Positions 46,959 to 56,585 of a stretch of 64,000 bases of DNA are shown here, piece after piece. This stretch comes from a virus (lineage: Duplodnaviria; Heunggongvirae; Uroviricota; Caudoviricetes). The translations under genes and the position numbers were made by a program. Under the pieces are notes generated by a model. It had not been told where the DNA came from. It ran no database searches and saw nothing but the letters and a program-made list of their open reading frames with translations. The DNA is taken from IMG/VR virus record IMGVR_UViG_3300032007_000006, positions 185,360-249,359 of that record; one strand, written 5' to 3'. Numbering within the stretch: position 1 is the first letter of the stretch; every line of letters starts with the position of its first letter.

Positions 46959-47962
46959 CAAAATTAAAGAATCTTCTAATGCAATTTTAGAAAGTAACAA
47001 TCAATACACAAGAATCGAATTTATCAATCGCGAAAGAATCGAATTAAACAATGGATTAAAACTGACTGGAACAGAAAAACAAAAGTTTTTAAAGATAATT
47101 ACACATTTAAAAACTGAAATGTGGAGAGAAAGTGTTGACTATATTGTAAATGGAGATTTTAATGAACGATATGAAGAAATTAGAAAGAAAGTCAACTATA
47201 AGAATAATTCTGAATTATTAAAACATCGAATAGCAACAGGACAATTAGATCCGAGAACATGCTTAGGAAAAGATCCTTGGAATAAAGGAAAGCATTATAA
47301 AAGAAAAGTGCCGTTTAGTGATATTGAACGACAGCGTCATAGAGAATGCAAGCTTGGAACAAAAAATCCAATGTATGGTGTGTTACATTCTCAAGAATAT
47401 AAGAAAATCGTATCGGATAGAATGAAAGAAAAGATTTTAAAAGGAGAGTTTACACCCAATACAAACAATAGATATACACATTTTGATGTAACATACAGAG
47501 GAAAGGTATTTCGTTCTTCATGGGAAGCAGTGTTTTATTGCAAATATCATGAAACTTATCAGTATGAAAAATTAAGGATTCCGTATACCTTTGATAATGA
47601 AAATCACATTTATATTGTTGATTTCATTAATGAGCAAGATAAAATCGCTGTAGAAATAAAGCCATCTAGCATTCTAGAGCGTAATAGCAAAGAACAAGCC
47701 AAATTAAACGCTTTAAAGACATGGTGCATCAACAATGAATATAAATTATGGGTTGTCGATGAAAATGACATTAGAAATATTGTATATGAATTGAATAGTT
47801 TAGAGGAATTTGACTACTCCACACAGCAAAAACTAATAAAGCAATTTGGAGTTAAAAATGAGACTTCTAGCTGTTAAAGAGATTGAAAAACCCAATACGG
47901 TATATAATCTTTCTGTAAAAAATGATCACAACTATATTGTTAATGGTGCAGTAGTTTCAAAC
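46647..47962 (+). mobile_element. Split intein plus free-standing HE cassette fracturing the helicase gene
   Basis: IntN 46647-46955, HE 46936-47877, IntC 47846-47962; strongly AT-rich relative to the exteins. Confidence 0.65.
46936..47877 (+). CDS. Free-standing homing endonuclease (PD-(D/E)xK C-terminal domain) located between the split-intein halves, 313 aa
   Basis: HIYIVDF...IAVEIKP (D...E.K), GTKNPMYG motif shared with the second free-standing HE; different frame from both helicase fragments; AT-rich. Confidence 0.55.
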   Translation: MSHHRPYSKIKESSNAILESNNQYTRIEFINRERIELNNGLKLTGTEKQKFLKIITHLKTEMWRESVDYIVNGDFNERYEEIRKKVNYKNNSELLKHRIATGQLDPRTCLGKDPWNKGKHYKRKVPFSDIERQRHRECKLGTKNPMYGVLHSQEYKKIVSDRMKEKILKGEFTPNTNNRYTHFDVTYRGKVFRSSWEAVFYCKYHETYQYEKLRIPYTFDNENHIYIVDFINEQDKIAVEIKPSSILERNSKEQAKLNALKTWCINNEYKLWVVDENDIRNIVYELNSLEEFDYSTQQKLIKQFGVKNETSSC

Positions 47963-48790
47963 TGCCATCGAGGCAGTGGTCGTGCGATTCAGGCTGTAAT
48001 GACTTCAGCAAAGGACGTTGGAATTCGTACAGGATGGACTGGAACTCTGGCCAATGAGCAGATAAATGAAATGCTCATTCGTGGACTTTTTGGAGAGCCG
48101 AGACAGATTGTCACCACGATTGAATTGATGGACAAGAAAATAGTGGCTCAGCTGAAGATAAGCATAATGAAACTGATTTATCCTGATGGATGGGGAAGGT
48201 CATTCAAGCTGCTGGACTATGCAAATCAATGCAAGTATTTTGAGGAGCTGCAGGAGAGAACGGATGCCATAGCAGGAATGGCTTTGAACAGAAACGAAAC
48301 TGGCTTGATGCTCTACAGAAAGATTGCCCATGGAGAAGCAATCTTTGAAGCATTAAAACGTATGGCTCCCGAAAGAAACATATATCTTGTCCATTCTGGC
48401 CATTTTCAGAGAAATGAAGAGAAGTTCAAGTCTTTTGAAGACTTAAAGCCGTTGCTTGAGCAGGAAAAGGATGCAGTGCTTGTCGCAAACTATCAGCTGG
48501 TCGGCACTGGCGTATCAATCAAGAACCTTCATTTCGTGATGTTTGCCGCTCCAATCAAGTCCTACATCACCACAATTCAGAGTATTGGACGTGGTCTTAG
48601 AGTGTCAGCCACGAAAAAGAGCGTTGAACTGATAGACATAGTGGATGACATGTCCTATAGGGCCAGAGTGAACATAGTTCAGAACTATGCCTTGAAGCAT
48701 TATGCCGAACGATACAAGATATACGCGGCAAATGGATTTGACTGCTCCATGGATTCCATGCACATAGAGCCAAAGGAAAAGACATTCTAG
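47846..48790 (+). CDS. Split-intein C-fragment (IntC 39 aa) fused to the helicase C-terminal extein
   Basis: VYNLSVKNDHNYIVNGAVVSN (Blocks F/G) then +1 Cys; CH completes motif II LDE|CH; motif VI QSIGRGLR. Confidence 0.7.
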   Translation: MELKMRLLAVKEIEKPNTVYNLSVKNDHNYIVNGAVVSNCHRGSGRAIQAVMTSAKDVGIRTGWTGTLANEQINEMLIRGLFGEPRQIVTTIELMDKKIVAQLKISIMKLIYPDGWGRSFKLLDYANQCKYFEELQERTDAIAGMALNRNETGLMLYRKIAHGEAIFEALKRMAPERNIYLVHSGHFQRNEEKFKSFEDLKPLLEQEKDAVLVANYQLVGTGVSIKNLHFVMFAAPIKSYITTIQSIGRGLRVSATKKSVELIDIVDDMSYRARVNIVQNYALKHYAERYKIYAANGFDCSMDSMHIEPKEKTF

Positions 48791-48798
48791 AAATAAGA

Positions 48799-48828
48799 AG
48801 GGAGCCTTTTGGCTCCCTATATTTTTAC
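48799..48828. terminator. Bidirectional terminator (agggagccttttggctccct plus atattttta)
   Basis: 8-bp stem, T-rich tail. Confidence 0.6.
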
Positions 48829-49379
48829 TTTATCTTGAATGAAACCAATTTTCCATCCTTGAACTTGGCTCGAAGTTTTCCCGCCATGGAGCAGGAGATA
48901 TTAATTCTTGAAGTGCCATCATCCTTCTTTTTCTTGAGATAGATGTCCATTAGCATGGACTTGTCCATCTGCGTCTTAAAGATGCTTTCCTTGGGAGCGT
49001 TTTCATCCTCCCTCCATTCGATAAAGTCTTCAGACTGAAGCATCTTGGCCAGATCATTGACAGCGGTGTCAATAGTTTCTCCAATTTCAAGGACTTCCCT
49101 CAGATTCTGAAGGATTCCAAACCAGTGAAGAGCAAAGGATTTCTTTCGCTCATAGTCATTAAGGATTTCAAGGATTTTTTCGTTTGGATTGTTGACATTT
49201 GTCTGCATTTCGGAGGCCAGCTTGTCTCCAGCGGCAAACAGTTCAATCAAGTCATTTTCAGACTTTTCCTTCCAGAATGTTTCTGGATGGTTGCTCTTCA
49301 TCCAGGCCTTCAAGGCTCTGGCAGAGGCTGTTGGATCATGTACTAGGGCTTCTGTGAGCCATTTCTGGAATGAAGTCAT
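48825..49379 (-). CDS. Putative internal protein with N-terminal CTS MTSFQKWLTE (184 aa)
   Basis: CTS-like N-terminus; AGGAG SD. Confidence 0.5.
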   Translation of the reverse strand: MTSFQKWLTEALVHDPTASARALKAWMKSNHPETFWKEKSENDLIELFAAGDKLASEMQTNVNNPNEKILEILNDYERKKSFALHWFGILQNLREVLEIGETIDTAVNDLAKMLQSEDFIEWREDENAPKESIFKTQMDKSMLMDIYLKKKKDDGTSRINISCSMAGKLRAKFKDGKLVSFKIK

Positions 49380-49387
49380 GGATTCTC

Positions 49388-49951
49388 CTAAAAGTAGAAG
49401 TTCTTTACTTTGCCATTGGCAAAGATGATATTGAAGTTGACGCCTCCATTAAGTTTCACCATTCCCTTGTAGGTGTCAATTTGACGGAGAATGTCTTTTT
49501 CGTTGACGTCGTCAAAGAATGGAACGGTAAATTTTCCCTGTTCCATGTTGTAATACTTGTGCTTCTTTGCAAAGGCCACAAGTTTCTTGATCGCCTCTTC
49601 CTGACTGTCACCTTTTGAAATGCAGGAAAGAACATCCATTAGATTTTTGGAATATATCATGTATCTTCCCTTGATCATTTCATATCTGTCGGCCATTTTC
49701 AAGGCCTGCCTGCATTCAATCTGCCAGCGTCCAGCGTGGTCTTTCTTGGCAAAGGCCACCATATTGGCGACATGCTTGTCCATTTTGGTGAAGAACTTGC
49801 CAATGGGCTTGCCTGCATAGATGAGGTCATCAACTTCATCAATATAGAGCGAAGTTCTGTCAGTGACATACTGAACGGCCGACATGTCGGAAAGAAACTT
49901 GGTATATTCTCTGTCTGCGGATTCAGCAAGATATGTAGAAAATGATTTCAT
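49388..49951 (-). CDS. Putative internal protein with N-terminal CTS MKSFSTYLAE (187 aa)
   Basis: Internal ATG of the ORF-track ORF; CTGTAAATA motif 24 nt upstream. Confidence 0.5.
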   Translation of the reverse strand: MKSFSTYLAESADREYTKFLSDMSAVQYVTDRTSLYIDEVDDLIYAGKPIGKFFTKMDKHVANMVAFAKKDHAGRWQIECRQALKMADRYEMIKGRYMIYSKNLMDVLSCISKGDSQEEAIKKLVAFAKKHKYYNMEQGKFTVPFFDDVNEKDILRQIDTYKGMVKLNGGVNFNIIFANGKVKNFYF

Positions 49952-49974
49952 TTTATAATTTGACATAGTAGAGA

Positions 49975-49983
49975 TATTTACAG
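49975..49983 (-). promoter_or_regulatory. CTGTAAATA late-promoter-like motif
   Basis: Upstream of the CTS gene at 49951. Confidence 0.35.
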
Positions 49984-50040
49984 TAGTAGATAGTCTATGT
50001 GTGCAGTTTTTTTGTGTTTGAATAATTTGTTGGAAGTATC

Positions 50041-50128
50041 TTTTCCATGCTCCATCAACTTTGATGTAGCAATCGCTAGCGGAATTTATAGTTTTCTGGG
50101 AATATGAGACTTTAATATGCGTAGCCAT
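50041..50128 (-). pseudogene. Truncated duplicate of the 5' end of the 50200-50757 gene
   Basis: MATHIKVSYSQKTINSASDCYIKVDGAWKRYF versus MPAYVKVSNAYKTVNSEYDCYIKVNGAWKICDQ; the reading frame then runs into the unrelated CTS gene. Confidence 0.4.
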
Positions 50129-50199
50129 AAAAGCTTCCGAAATTTAGAGTTAGTCTATTGGTTCGGCTCACCCTCTCTTTATAACATTATCCTTCTATA

Positions 50200-50757
50200 T
50201 TAGGTTCTTTCTGTATATTCAATTCTGTCATCTTGAATGTTAAATCCCCATTGACTAAGACCACTATATGAACTACCTTGTCTTGGCCAGGTAATTTCAA
50301 ATGAAGGATTTGATGATGTGGCAGTATACTGCAATGATACCCATTTTTGATATCGTCTATCTATGTCAACATAATAGAGATCACCATAATTATTTTGATT
50401 ATAAAGCCAGACATTATTTCCAGATGCATATGCTCCATATGCTTTCACAAACATCGAATTTCTTAGAACTGTTCCTTGTACTCCACTATCGCCAGCTGCT
50501 ATCCAAACTTTTGCATTGAAGCAAATCGTTATAACGCTTCCAACCGGTACACTTGAAAGATAATTTGTTCCATCATCTCTATGAATTATTCCCCATTTAG
50601 TTGCAGGACGAGTTTTTGTATAGCATATTTTCCATGCTCCATCAACCTTTACATAAATTTGATCACAAATTTTCCATGCTCCATTGACTTTTATATAGCA
50701 GTCGTATTCAGAGTTGACAGTTTTATATGCATTTGAAACCTTTACATATGCTGGCAT
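50200..50757 (-). CDS. Hypothetical protein (185 aa) adjacent to the tail fibre; putative distal fibre or assembly component
   Basis: Internal repeat YIKVNGAWKIC / YVKVDGAWKIC. Confidence 0.45.
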   Translation of the reverse strand: MPAYVKVSNAYKTVNSEYDCYIKVNGAWKICDQIYVKVDGAWKICYTKTRPATKWGIIHRDDGTNYLSSVPVGSVITICFNAKVWIAAGDSGVQGTVLRNSMFVKAYGAYASGNNVWLYNQNNYGDLYYVDIDRRYQKWVSLQYTATSSNPSFEITWPRQGSSYSGLSQWGFNIQDDRIEYTERT

Positions 50758-50766
50758 AATATTCTC

Positions 50767-53670
50767 CTAGTTGATGTACTTGAAGTATATGTCGCCATCA
50801 TTGCCACCAGACGGATCACCTGTTCCATAGCGTATTGTCGCTCCAGCAGTAATTGCTCCAGAATTTAGATATGTCAACTGATGTGCTCCGCCAACATTTG
50901 CATTTGAAGCAGTCAATGTTCCACCATTCATGTACATTAACTGCGTTGTAGAACCAACTGTATCTCCAGATGCAGTTAATGTTCCTGCATTGAGATATAT
51001 CGGTTTCTTTGCACTTCCAACTGTATCTCCAGATGCTGTTATCTTTCCACCACTTAGATATACTGGATTTTTGGCATTGCCAACATTGGACGTTGATTTT
51101 GTAAGTTTTCCTGAACTTAGGAATATAGGCTCTGTTCCGGAACCAACTGTTGTTGTGGTCTTTGTCAGTGTTCCTCCAGTCAGATATATGGGTTCGGTTT
51201 CTGAACCGACTGTGGATGTAGATGCAGTTATTGTTCCACCTGTCAGATATACTGGCTTTATTCCTGAACCAACTGTTGAATTTGAAACACTAATTGCTCC
51301 ATTGTTGAGATATACTGGCTTTATTCCGGAACCAACTGTTGATGTTGATGCCGTTGCAACGCCTTTATTGAGATAAATCGGAACAATTCCAGAACCGATT
51401 GTGGAGAGACCAAGTTTTGATGCAGTAGTTGCTATATGATTAAGCTGCTTTTTGTCGCCGCGAATATAGTATATTTTTCCAGTGAATTCATTGGAAGCAA
51501 TGCGTCCGTGACCAATTGTTTCGTATATTTCGTTGATGCAATGTGCATTGCTTGTAGATACATACTGTCCGCTTGCATTTGCTTCCCAGCGAATGTCATT
51601 TTTGATGTCATAGACAATGGCATCCTTGATGTTTTTAGAATTCAGAGCGGCAATGGTAACTTCAGCATCTTCAGTTGATTCGCAGACGTATACGCCTTTT
51701 ACCATATAGTCGGCCTGCCAGGCCTGATCTGCTGGATTTCGCTTGCTTTTTGCTCCAAACAGCATCATTCCTTCATCCATCATGTGGATGACGTTCATTG
51801 GATTTGTTGCTGGATCAATTGGAATAAGTGGAGTCGGTTCTGGAACTGGATCATTCTGACGTTCTATGTATTGAACATAGGATTCTCCAAGAAAGTCCGT
51901 TATATTTTTTATTTCTTCAAATATGGAATTTCCTACGAGACTTTTCAGTCCTCTGCAAAGTTCCTCTGGTGCCATGGAACCAAATAAAAGTTCCTTTAGA
52001 TTGTGTGGACCAGATTTTGGTTCATCTTCATCAACGCATACTGGAGCTGAATTAAACAAGTCAATAAGATCTTCTCCAATGGCATCTTTAAGAAGAATTG
52101 TTTCCTTTAGCAAGGAGCCTGTAGACATTCTTTTCCAGATGCTGCACATTGTTTCGTTGACTGCCAGATCTCCAAATAGAAGATCTCCAATGTCTACTGG
52201 ACTTGGATCAGATGAAGATATTTTCCAGCTGTCATTCTTGCTTTCTTCAAGAAGACACGTTTTTGTTTTAGATGCAGATTCGCTGGAAGAAACTGAATAT
52301 GTTACGTCCTGATAAATTCCTGGAACAATTGTATCGTATGTTGCTTCAATAAGACTCCAGGAATTTCCAGAATATGCAAAAAGGCCGGTCTTGCTGCATT
52401 CAAATTCCGAATCAAAGAATCCAGAGTTGACATTCAGTTTTACAGCAATGCATGCGGCATCTCCTTCCTTTGGTGAAGGAACCATTGTTCTTATTGGAGA
52501 TGGATTTCCTCCTCCGCCATTTAAGGCATACTTGATGAATTCCTGCTTGATAAGCGATTCCATTGTTGTAACGCTGGAATTGCCAGAAACAGTCTTTATT
52601 GCTGCAGTAGATGAAGGATTTTCAGCCTGCTGTGCAGTAGTTGACGTTAGTGTTGATGGATAGAGATACTGCTTGGAATTGTATGTAGGAACTGGAAGAT
52701 TATACTCATTTTGAGAATGGCCTTTATAGTCATATCTCGTTTGATTTAATCTGGCCCAGTTTCCATTTAAGCGTCTCCAAAGCTGCTGTCGTTTAGTTGT
52801 AGATTCAACCATGCATCTTTTATTAGTGTCTGTTAGCCACTCATAAAATGGAAGACCAATGCGGTCGATTATTTTGACTGTTTCTGTAGCCAGTCCACCA
52901 GTTGTAAATCTATCCCATACTTCTGAAAAATTTGCATTGCCATTAAAGAAAAACTGCCGCAGTCCTCCAATTGGACGACTTCCTTGAACAGGAGACAATT
53001 TGTCCAGCCAGTCATAGAAGGCTGAACTAAAAATGTCTTCTATGACATGCATCAATGAATTAGCCAGTCCTTGTGAATCTCCATGCAGATTGCGACAGGC
53101 TCGTCCAAATATGTCATCTGTATCTGCATCGGTTCTATCTCTTGCACCGAATAGCATTTCGGCCAGATCGGCTGGTTCTCCAATGCTTGTACCAGTTTTT
53201 AGCGTATTATCTGGATTATGAGTCTTGTTGTAAAAGTAGGAATAAAGACTTCCCCAGGTATTGATATTTCTTTGAAGCAGCTTGTCTATGCTCTGTACAA
53301 GACCAAACTTGTGGGCCTTTATTCTTTTCGTTTCTGTGCCATCAAACGTTGTGCCAGTTCCACCAACCTTTGAAACTCTTGAGTTTTCTGGAACATCTGT
53401 TCCATCTGGCTTTTTCGTGGCGATCTCCTCTTCAAAGAATGGAGATCTCTTTCGCCCAGGAATTGGAGTAGTCCATGCAATAGTAACTGGAGTATCATGC
53501 GTTTCGGTTAATCCGAGCGTGTATATAAGATCATTAATTCTCTGCCACCATTCCCCCATAATGTTTGTATAGTCAAGTGGAGTGACGGCATATATTTCCT
53601 TCAATTGAGTGCATCCTTTAATGAATTCGCTCAATCTAGATTTGGTTGAATTATTTCCTGCGTCAGGCAT
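50767..53670 (-). CDS. Tail fibre protein (967 aa) with nine C-terminal 19-aa repeats
   Basis: Repeats VGSG.KP.YL..G..T.S.ST x9 at about 50800-51400; TTGTAAATA 22 nt upstream. Confidence 0.6.
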   Translation of the reverse strand: MPDAGNNSTKSRLSEFIKGCTQLKEIYAVTPLDYTNIMGEWWQRINDLIYTLGLTETHDTPVTIAWTTPIPGRKRSPFFEEEIATKKPDGTDVPENSRVSKVGGTGTTFDGTETKRIKAHKFGLVQSIDKLLQRNINTWGSLYSYFYNKTHNPDNTLKTGTSIGEPADLAEMLFGARDRTDADTDDIFGRACRNLHGDSQGLANSLMHVIEDIFSSAFYDWLDKLSPVQGSRPIGGLRQFFFNGNANFSEVWDRFTTGGLATETVKIIDRIGLPFYEWLTDTNKRCMVESTTKRQQLWRRLNGNWARLNQTRYDYKGHSQNEYNLPVPTYNSKQYLYPSTLTSTTAQQAENPSSTAAIKTVSGNSSVTTMESLIKQEFIKYALNGGGGNPSPIRTMVPSPKEGDAACIAVKLNVNSGFFDSEFECSKTGLFAYSGNSWSLIEATYDTIVPGIYQDVTYSVSSSESASKTKTCLLEESKNDSWKISSSDPSPVDIGDLLFGDLAVNETMCSIWKRMSTGSLLKETILLKDAIGEDLIDLFNSAPVCVDEDEPKSGPHNLKELLFGSMAPEELCRGLKSLVGNSIFEEIKNITDFLGESYVQYIERQNDPVPEPTPLIPIDPATNPMNVIHMMDEGMMLFGAKSKRNPADQAWQADYMVKGVYVCESTEDAEVTIAALNSKNIKDAIVYDIKNDIRWEANASGQYVSTSNAHCINEIYETIGHGRIASNEFTGKIYYIRGDKKQLNHIATTASKLGLSTIGSGIVPIYLNKGVATASTSTVGSGIKPVYLNNGAISVSNSTVGSGIKPVYLTGGTITASTSTVGSETEPIYLTGGTLTKTTTTVGSGTEPIFLSSGKLTKSTSNVGNAKNPVYLSGGKITASGDTVGSAKKPIYLNAGTLTASGDTVGSTTQLMYMNGGTLTASNANVGGAHQLTYLNSGAITAGATIRYGTGDPSGGNDGDIYFKYIN

Positions 53671-53691
53671 GGCTTCTGCAAAATGTCTTGA

Positions 53692-53700
53692 TATTTACAA
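53692..53700 (-). promoter_or_regulatory. TTGTAAATA late-promoter-like motif upstream of the tail-fibre gene
   Basis: CATTGTAAATATCAAG context. Confidence 0.4.
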
Positions 53701-53759
53701 TGATTGAAGATAGACGACTGTTTTATAAAATGTAAATAATCGAACATAAAACATCTCAT

Positions 53760-54062
53760 ATGCCTTCAAATCCAGCAGTTCCAGGTGCAACGGCAACGCA
53801 TGTGCATGGAATTCCAAAAACAGTTACAGCCACTAATCTTCCAGGAACAGTAATGTTTGGAAAACTGTATCCTCTTCATATGGGAGATCCATGGTTTGTG
53901 CATTATGTTCCTGAATGGGAATCGGCCCATCCAACAGTTGTATCGAATGGAGCACCAAACGTTCTCTGCGATAAGAGACCGCTAGCCATTACGGAATTGT
54001 CAAATGTTCAGTGTGGACAAATAACGCTGTCGCCGATGCAGATAGTTATCATAAAACCCTAG
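53760..54062 (+). CDS. Hypothetical protein (100 aa)
   Basis: ATGTAAATAAT motif 21 nt upstream. Confidence 0.35.
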   Translation: MPSNPAVPGATATHVHGIPKTVTATNLPGTVMFGKLYPLHMGDPWFVHYVPEWESAHPTVVSNGAPNVLCDKRPLAITELSNVQCGQITLSPMQIVIIKP

Positions 54063-54083
54063 ATTGGCAGATATAGGGATGGG

Positions 54084-54112
54084 TTGACAGGACCACAGAA
54101 ATCTGCTATTTT
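54084..54112 (+). promoter_or_regulatory. Sigma70-like promoter TTGACAGG-N16-TATTTT
   Basis: Upstream of the endolysin gene and CTS gene cluster. Confidence 0.45.
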
Positions 54113-54255
54113 CTTCATGTTTGAGGAGAAAAGGACATTTTCTGACAAGGAGTCCTGACGTGGCGAAGTTAAATATTTTGCAGTGCATCCTGAAGACGCC
54201 GATGGGTGGAGCATTCTCCGTCGTTGTTCTGTCGGTGCTTCTGGGTGGAGATTAT

Positions 54256-54774
54256 ATGGCAAAGCAAATTACCGAGAATTTCACTCTCGAAGAAATGTAT
54301 CGTTCCGCTACGGCAGAATCTAGAAGAATTGACAATCGTCCTTCAAAGGAAATTGAAGAAAATCTAACGCATCTGGTAAAGAACGTTCTTCAGCCTCTTA
54401 GAGATCATTTTGGAGTTGCCATCAGAGTAACTTCAGGATATCGTTCTCCCGCATTAAATCGCGCAATTGGTGGTTCTCCGTCATCCTGGCATTCTCATGG
54501 ATGCGCCGCCGACATTCAAATTCCATCTGGAAAGGTGTCCCTCAAGACTATTTTTGAGTACATCTACAACAATCTTCCATACACGGAACTCATTGCAGAA
54601 GGCATTGACAGAAATGGAAGAGTTTCATGGGTTCATGTGGCTCTTGTAAAGGGACGCGAAGCCAAGAACAATCTTGATCCCGCTGGTCGTCTCTGCACGA
54701 AATACATGAAATCATCTGAAGGGGCAGTCTACAGGGCTTCCTTTGACAAAATCAGGGGAATGATGAAAATCTAG
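54256..54774 (+). CDS. Peptidase M15 (VanY / L-Ala-D-Glu peptidase-like) endolysin, 172 aa
   Basis: SGYRSPALNRAIGGSPSSWHSHGCAADI, the M15 Zn-binding H...D...H signature. Confidence 0.7.
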   Translation: MAKQITENFTLEEMYRSATAESRRIDNRPSKEIEENLTHLVKNVLQPLRDHFGVAIRVTSGYRSPALNRAIGGSPSSWHSHGCAADIQIPSGKVSLKTIFEYIYNNLPYTELIAEGIDRNGRVSWVHVALVKGREAKNNLDPAGRLCTKYMKSSEGAVYRASFDKIRGMMKI

Positions 54775-54788
54775 TAGGAGATTGTTTG

Positions 54789-55124
54789 ATGAAATCGTTT
54801 GCAGACTATGTAAATGAAGCAGGAATCACTGATGGACCACAAAAGGCCAAGTGGATCATTGACAAGAAGCGTCGTGGAGAGATTATTCTGAAGGCTGGAA
54901 CCAAGATGCTTTTCAGAATGTGCAAGTATCAAAACATGATTGAACCATACTCCGTCAAAATGATTTACTCTACCACGCGGAAAAATCCTGGTAAGCTCTT
55001 CCCAACATTGAAGGATGCTATGGCCCATATTGACAAGATGTTCGCCTATGCAATCCTTGAAAAGTACATTGTAGAGCCTATGTCTAAGGATGTTCAAGAC
55101 TGGCTTGAAAAATGCGTATTCTAG
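54789..55124 (+). CDS. Putative internal protein with CTS MKSFADYVNE (111 aa)
   Basis: First gene of a 5-gene tandem CTS cluster. Confidence 0.5.
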   Translation: MKSFADYVNEAGITDGPQKAKWIIDKKRRGEIILKAGTKMLFRMCKYQNMIEPYSVKMIYSTTRKNPGKLFPTLKDAMAHIDKMFAYAILEKYIVEPMSKDVQDWLEKCVF

Positions 55125-55138
55125 TCAAGGATGCTTAA

Positions 55139-55465
55139 ATGAACACATTCAACGACTATATTCTTGGTAAACCAGTTAAATCTTCCAAAAGAAAGGCCAA
55201 GTGGAGCATAGACAGGAAAAATCCAAACTATGTCAAGCTGAAATGCGGTCAAAAAGTCTTGTATGTGCTGAACAAGATTGTAGGTCGCAAAACTGACAGA
55301 CCTTATATGGTTTCACTTTCATCTGGAGGCGCAAATGCCTGCAGAACGTTCAATGATGCAATGACTTTTATAGAGCATATGCTGACTACAGCAAACTTTG
55401 ATCTATATGAAGTGGAACCAATGAAGATGGAAGTGAAGAATTGGCTTGAAAGAGTTGAAAATTAG
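55139..55465 (+). CDS. Putative internal protein with CTS-like MNTFNDYILG (108 aa)
   Basis: Paralogous architecture to its neighbours (C-terminal ...W.E(K/R)...). Confidence 0.5.
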   Translation: MNTFNDYILGKPVKSSKRKAKWSIDRKNPNYVKLKCGQKVLYVLNKIVGRKTDRPYMVSLSSGGANACRTFNDAMTFIEHMLTTANFDLYEVEPMKMEVKNWLERVEN

Positions 55466-55474
55466 GAAAAGTGT

Positions 55475-55963
55475 ATGAATACGTTCAAGGAATACATTAA
55501 AAATCATCTAACTGAAGATAGTATAGACAATCCGTGGTCTAAAATAAGAACTTTGGGCATTTCTTCGGAAAATCGTCAAATTTCTCCATCTCAGTTTGAA
55601 GAATGGATTAGAGCATGGAAGAAGCTGGCCAGTGAAGGCAATTACAGCGACATGCAGTGGAAAAAGGGAAATCGAGTCGGTGCTGTTGTTGTTAGGCGTG
55701 GAAACAAGTCTTATTTCACGTTGAAAAAGTTTCCTGCCTCATCTATCGGAGATGCCTTCTATCGCTTGGAACTTAGTTATGGACTAAAGGTTTCTGCATC
55801 CTTCAAAAGGCCGCATTGGGATTTCAAGACGCTGGAAGATGCTTTGATGGTAGCGCAAAGATGCAAAGAACAGGATCGCAGCGCCGATGGTCTTGCATTT
55901 CCTGCTTCAATGCCTGGCACTATCAAGGACTGGCTGGAAAAAGACATTACAGGGGAAAAGTAG
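55475..55963 (+). CDS. Putative internal protein with CTS MNTFKEYIKN (162 aa)
   Basis: CTS-like N-terminus. Confidence 0.5.
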   Translation: MNTFKEYIKNHLTEDSIDNPWSKIRTLGISSENRQISPSQFEEWIRAWKKLASEGNYSDMQWKKGNRVGAVVVRRGNKSYFTLKKFPASSIGDAFYRLELSYGLKVSASFKRPHWDFKTLEDALMVAQRCKEQDRSADGLAFPASMPGTIKDWLEKDITGEK

Positions 55964-55965
55964 AT

Positions 55966-56553
55966 ATGAATACGTTTAAGGAATATATTCTAGGGGAAGA
56001 GGTTGAGAAGAATGACCTTTTCATTGGAATGCCTGTTCTGAAATGGGAAAAAAGCGATCCTTTCACTATTCTTCTTAAAGGAGAGTTTCTTAACTGCCAG
56101 TCTAAAGAGACTAGGCAGAAACTGAAAGCAGACATGGAGTCTGGACGTCTAAGCAAGACGCAAATAGCCAGAGCAAAGAAGCAGGCTATTGAATTTATTG
56201 GTTCTGTTGTCAATGCATCCATGATGGCCAATCAGTACAGTCTCTCCATTTCAGAATATGCCAAGCAGATTTCAAGAAACGGAGTTCTTCTTGCTCCAGC
56301 AACGGATGAAACTTCCTATTTTGTCTGCGCCCATAGAAGCGTTTCTGGAATGGATGCAAAGGCTGTTCTTCCAGTCAAGGATTTAAAGAATATTCAGTCT
56401 GACATGACAAAGGTTCTTGTCTCTGAACTGAAAACAGGCAAAAATCCATTTCTGTGTCTTGACAGGGCGGCAAAGCCGAAAGACATTGTCGTTCCCAAGC
56501 CATCAAAAACCATGATTGACTGGATTGGCGAACCATACGTTAAAAACATATAA
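55966..56553 (+). CDS. Putative internal protein with CTS MNTFKEYILGEE (195 aa)
   Basis: Internal ATG 3 nt after the upstream stop. Confidence 0.5.
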   Translation: MNTFKEYILGEEVEKNDLFIGMPVLKWEKSDPFTILLKGEFLNCQSKETRQKLKADMESGRLSKTQIARAKKQAIEFIGSVVNASMMANQYSLSISEYAKQISRNGVLLAPATDETSYFVCAHRSVSGMDAKAVLPVKDLKNIQSDMTKVLVSELKTGKNPFLCLDRAAKPKDIVVPKPSKTMIDWIGEPYVKNI

Positions 56554-56556
56554 CGA

Positions 56557-56565
56557 TTGTAAATA
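56557..56565 (+). promoter_or_regulatory. TTGTAAATA late-promoter-like motif 21 nt upstream of the 56586 ATG
   Basis: GATTGTAAATATCAAAAC context. Confidence 0.4.
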
Positions 56566-56585
56566 TCAAAACAATATCTTGCAAG

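Noticed and set aside
50930-51376. 148-aa plus-strand ORF
   Set aside because: It is antisense to the tail-fibre C-terminal repeats. Its repetitive EPTV sequence is produced by the 57-bp repeat periodicity.
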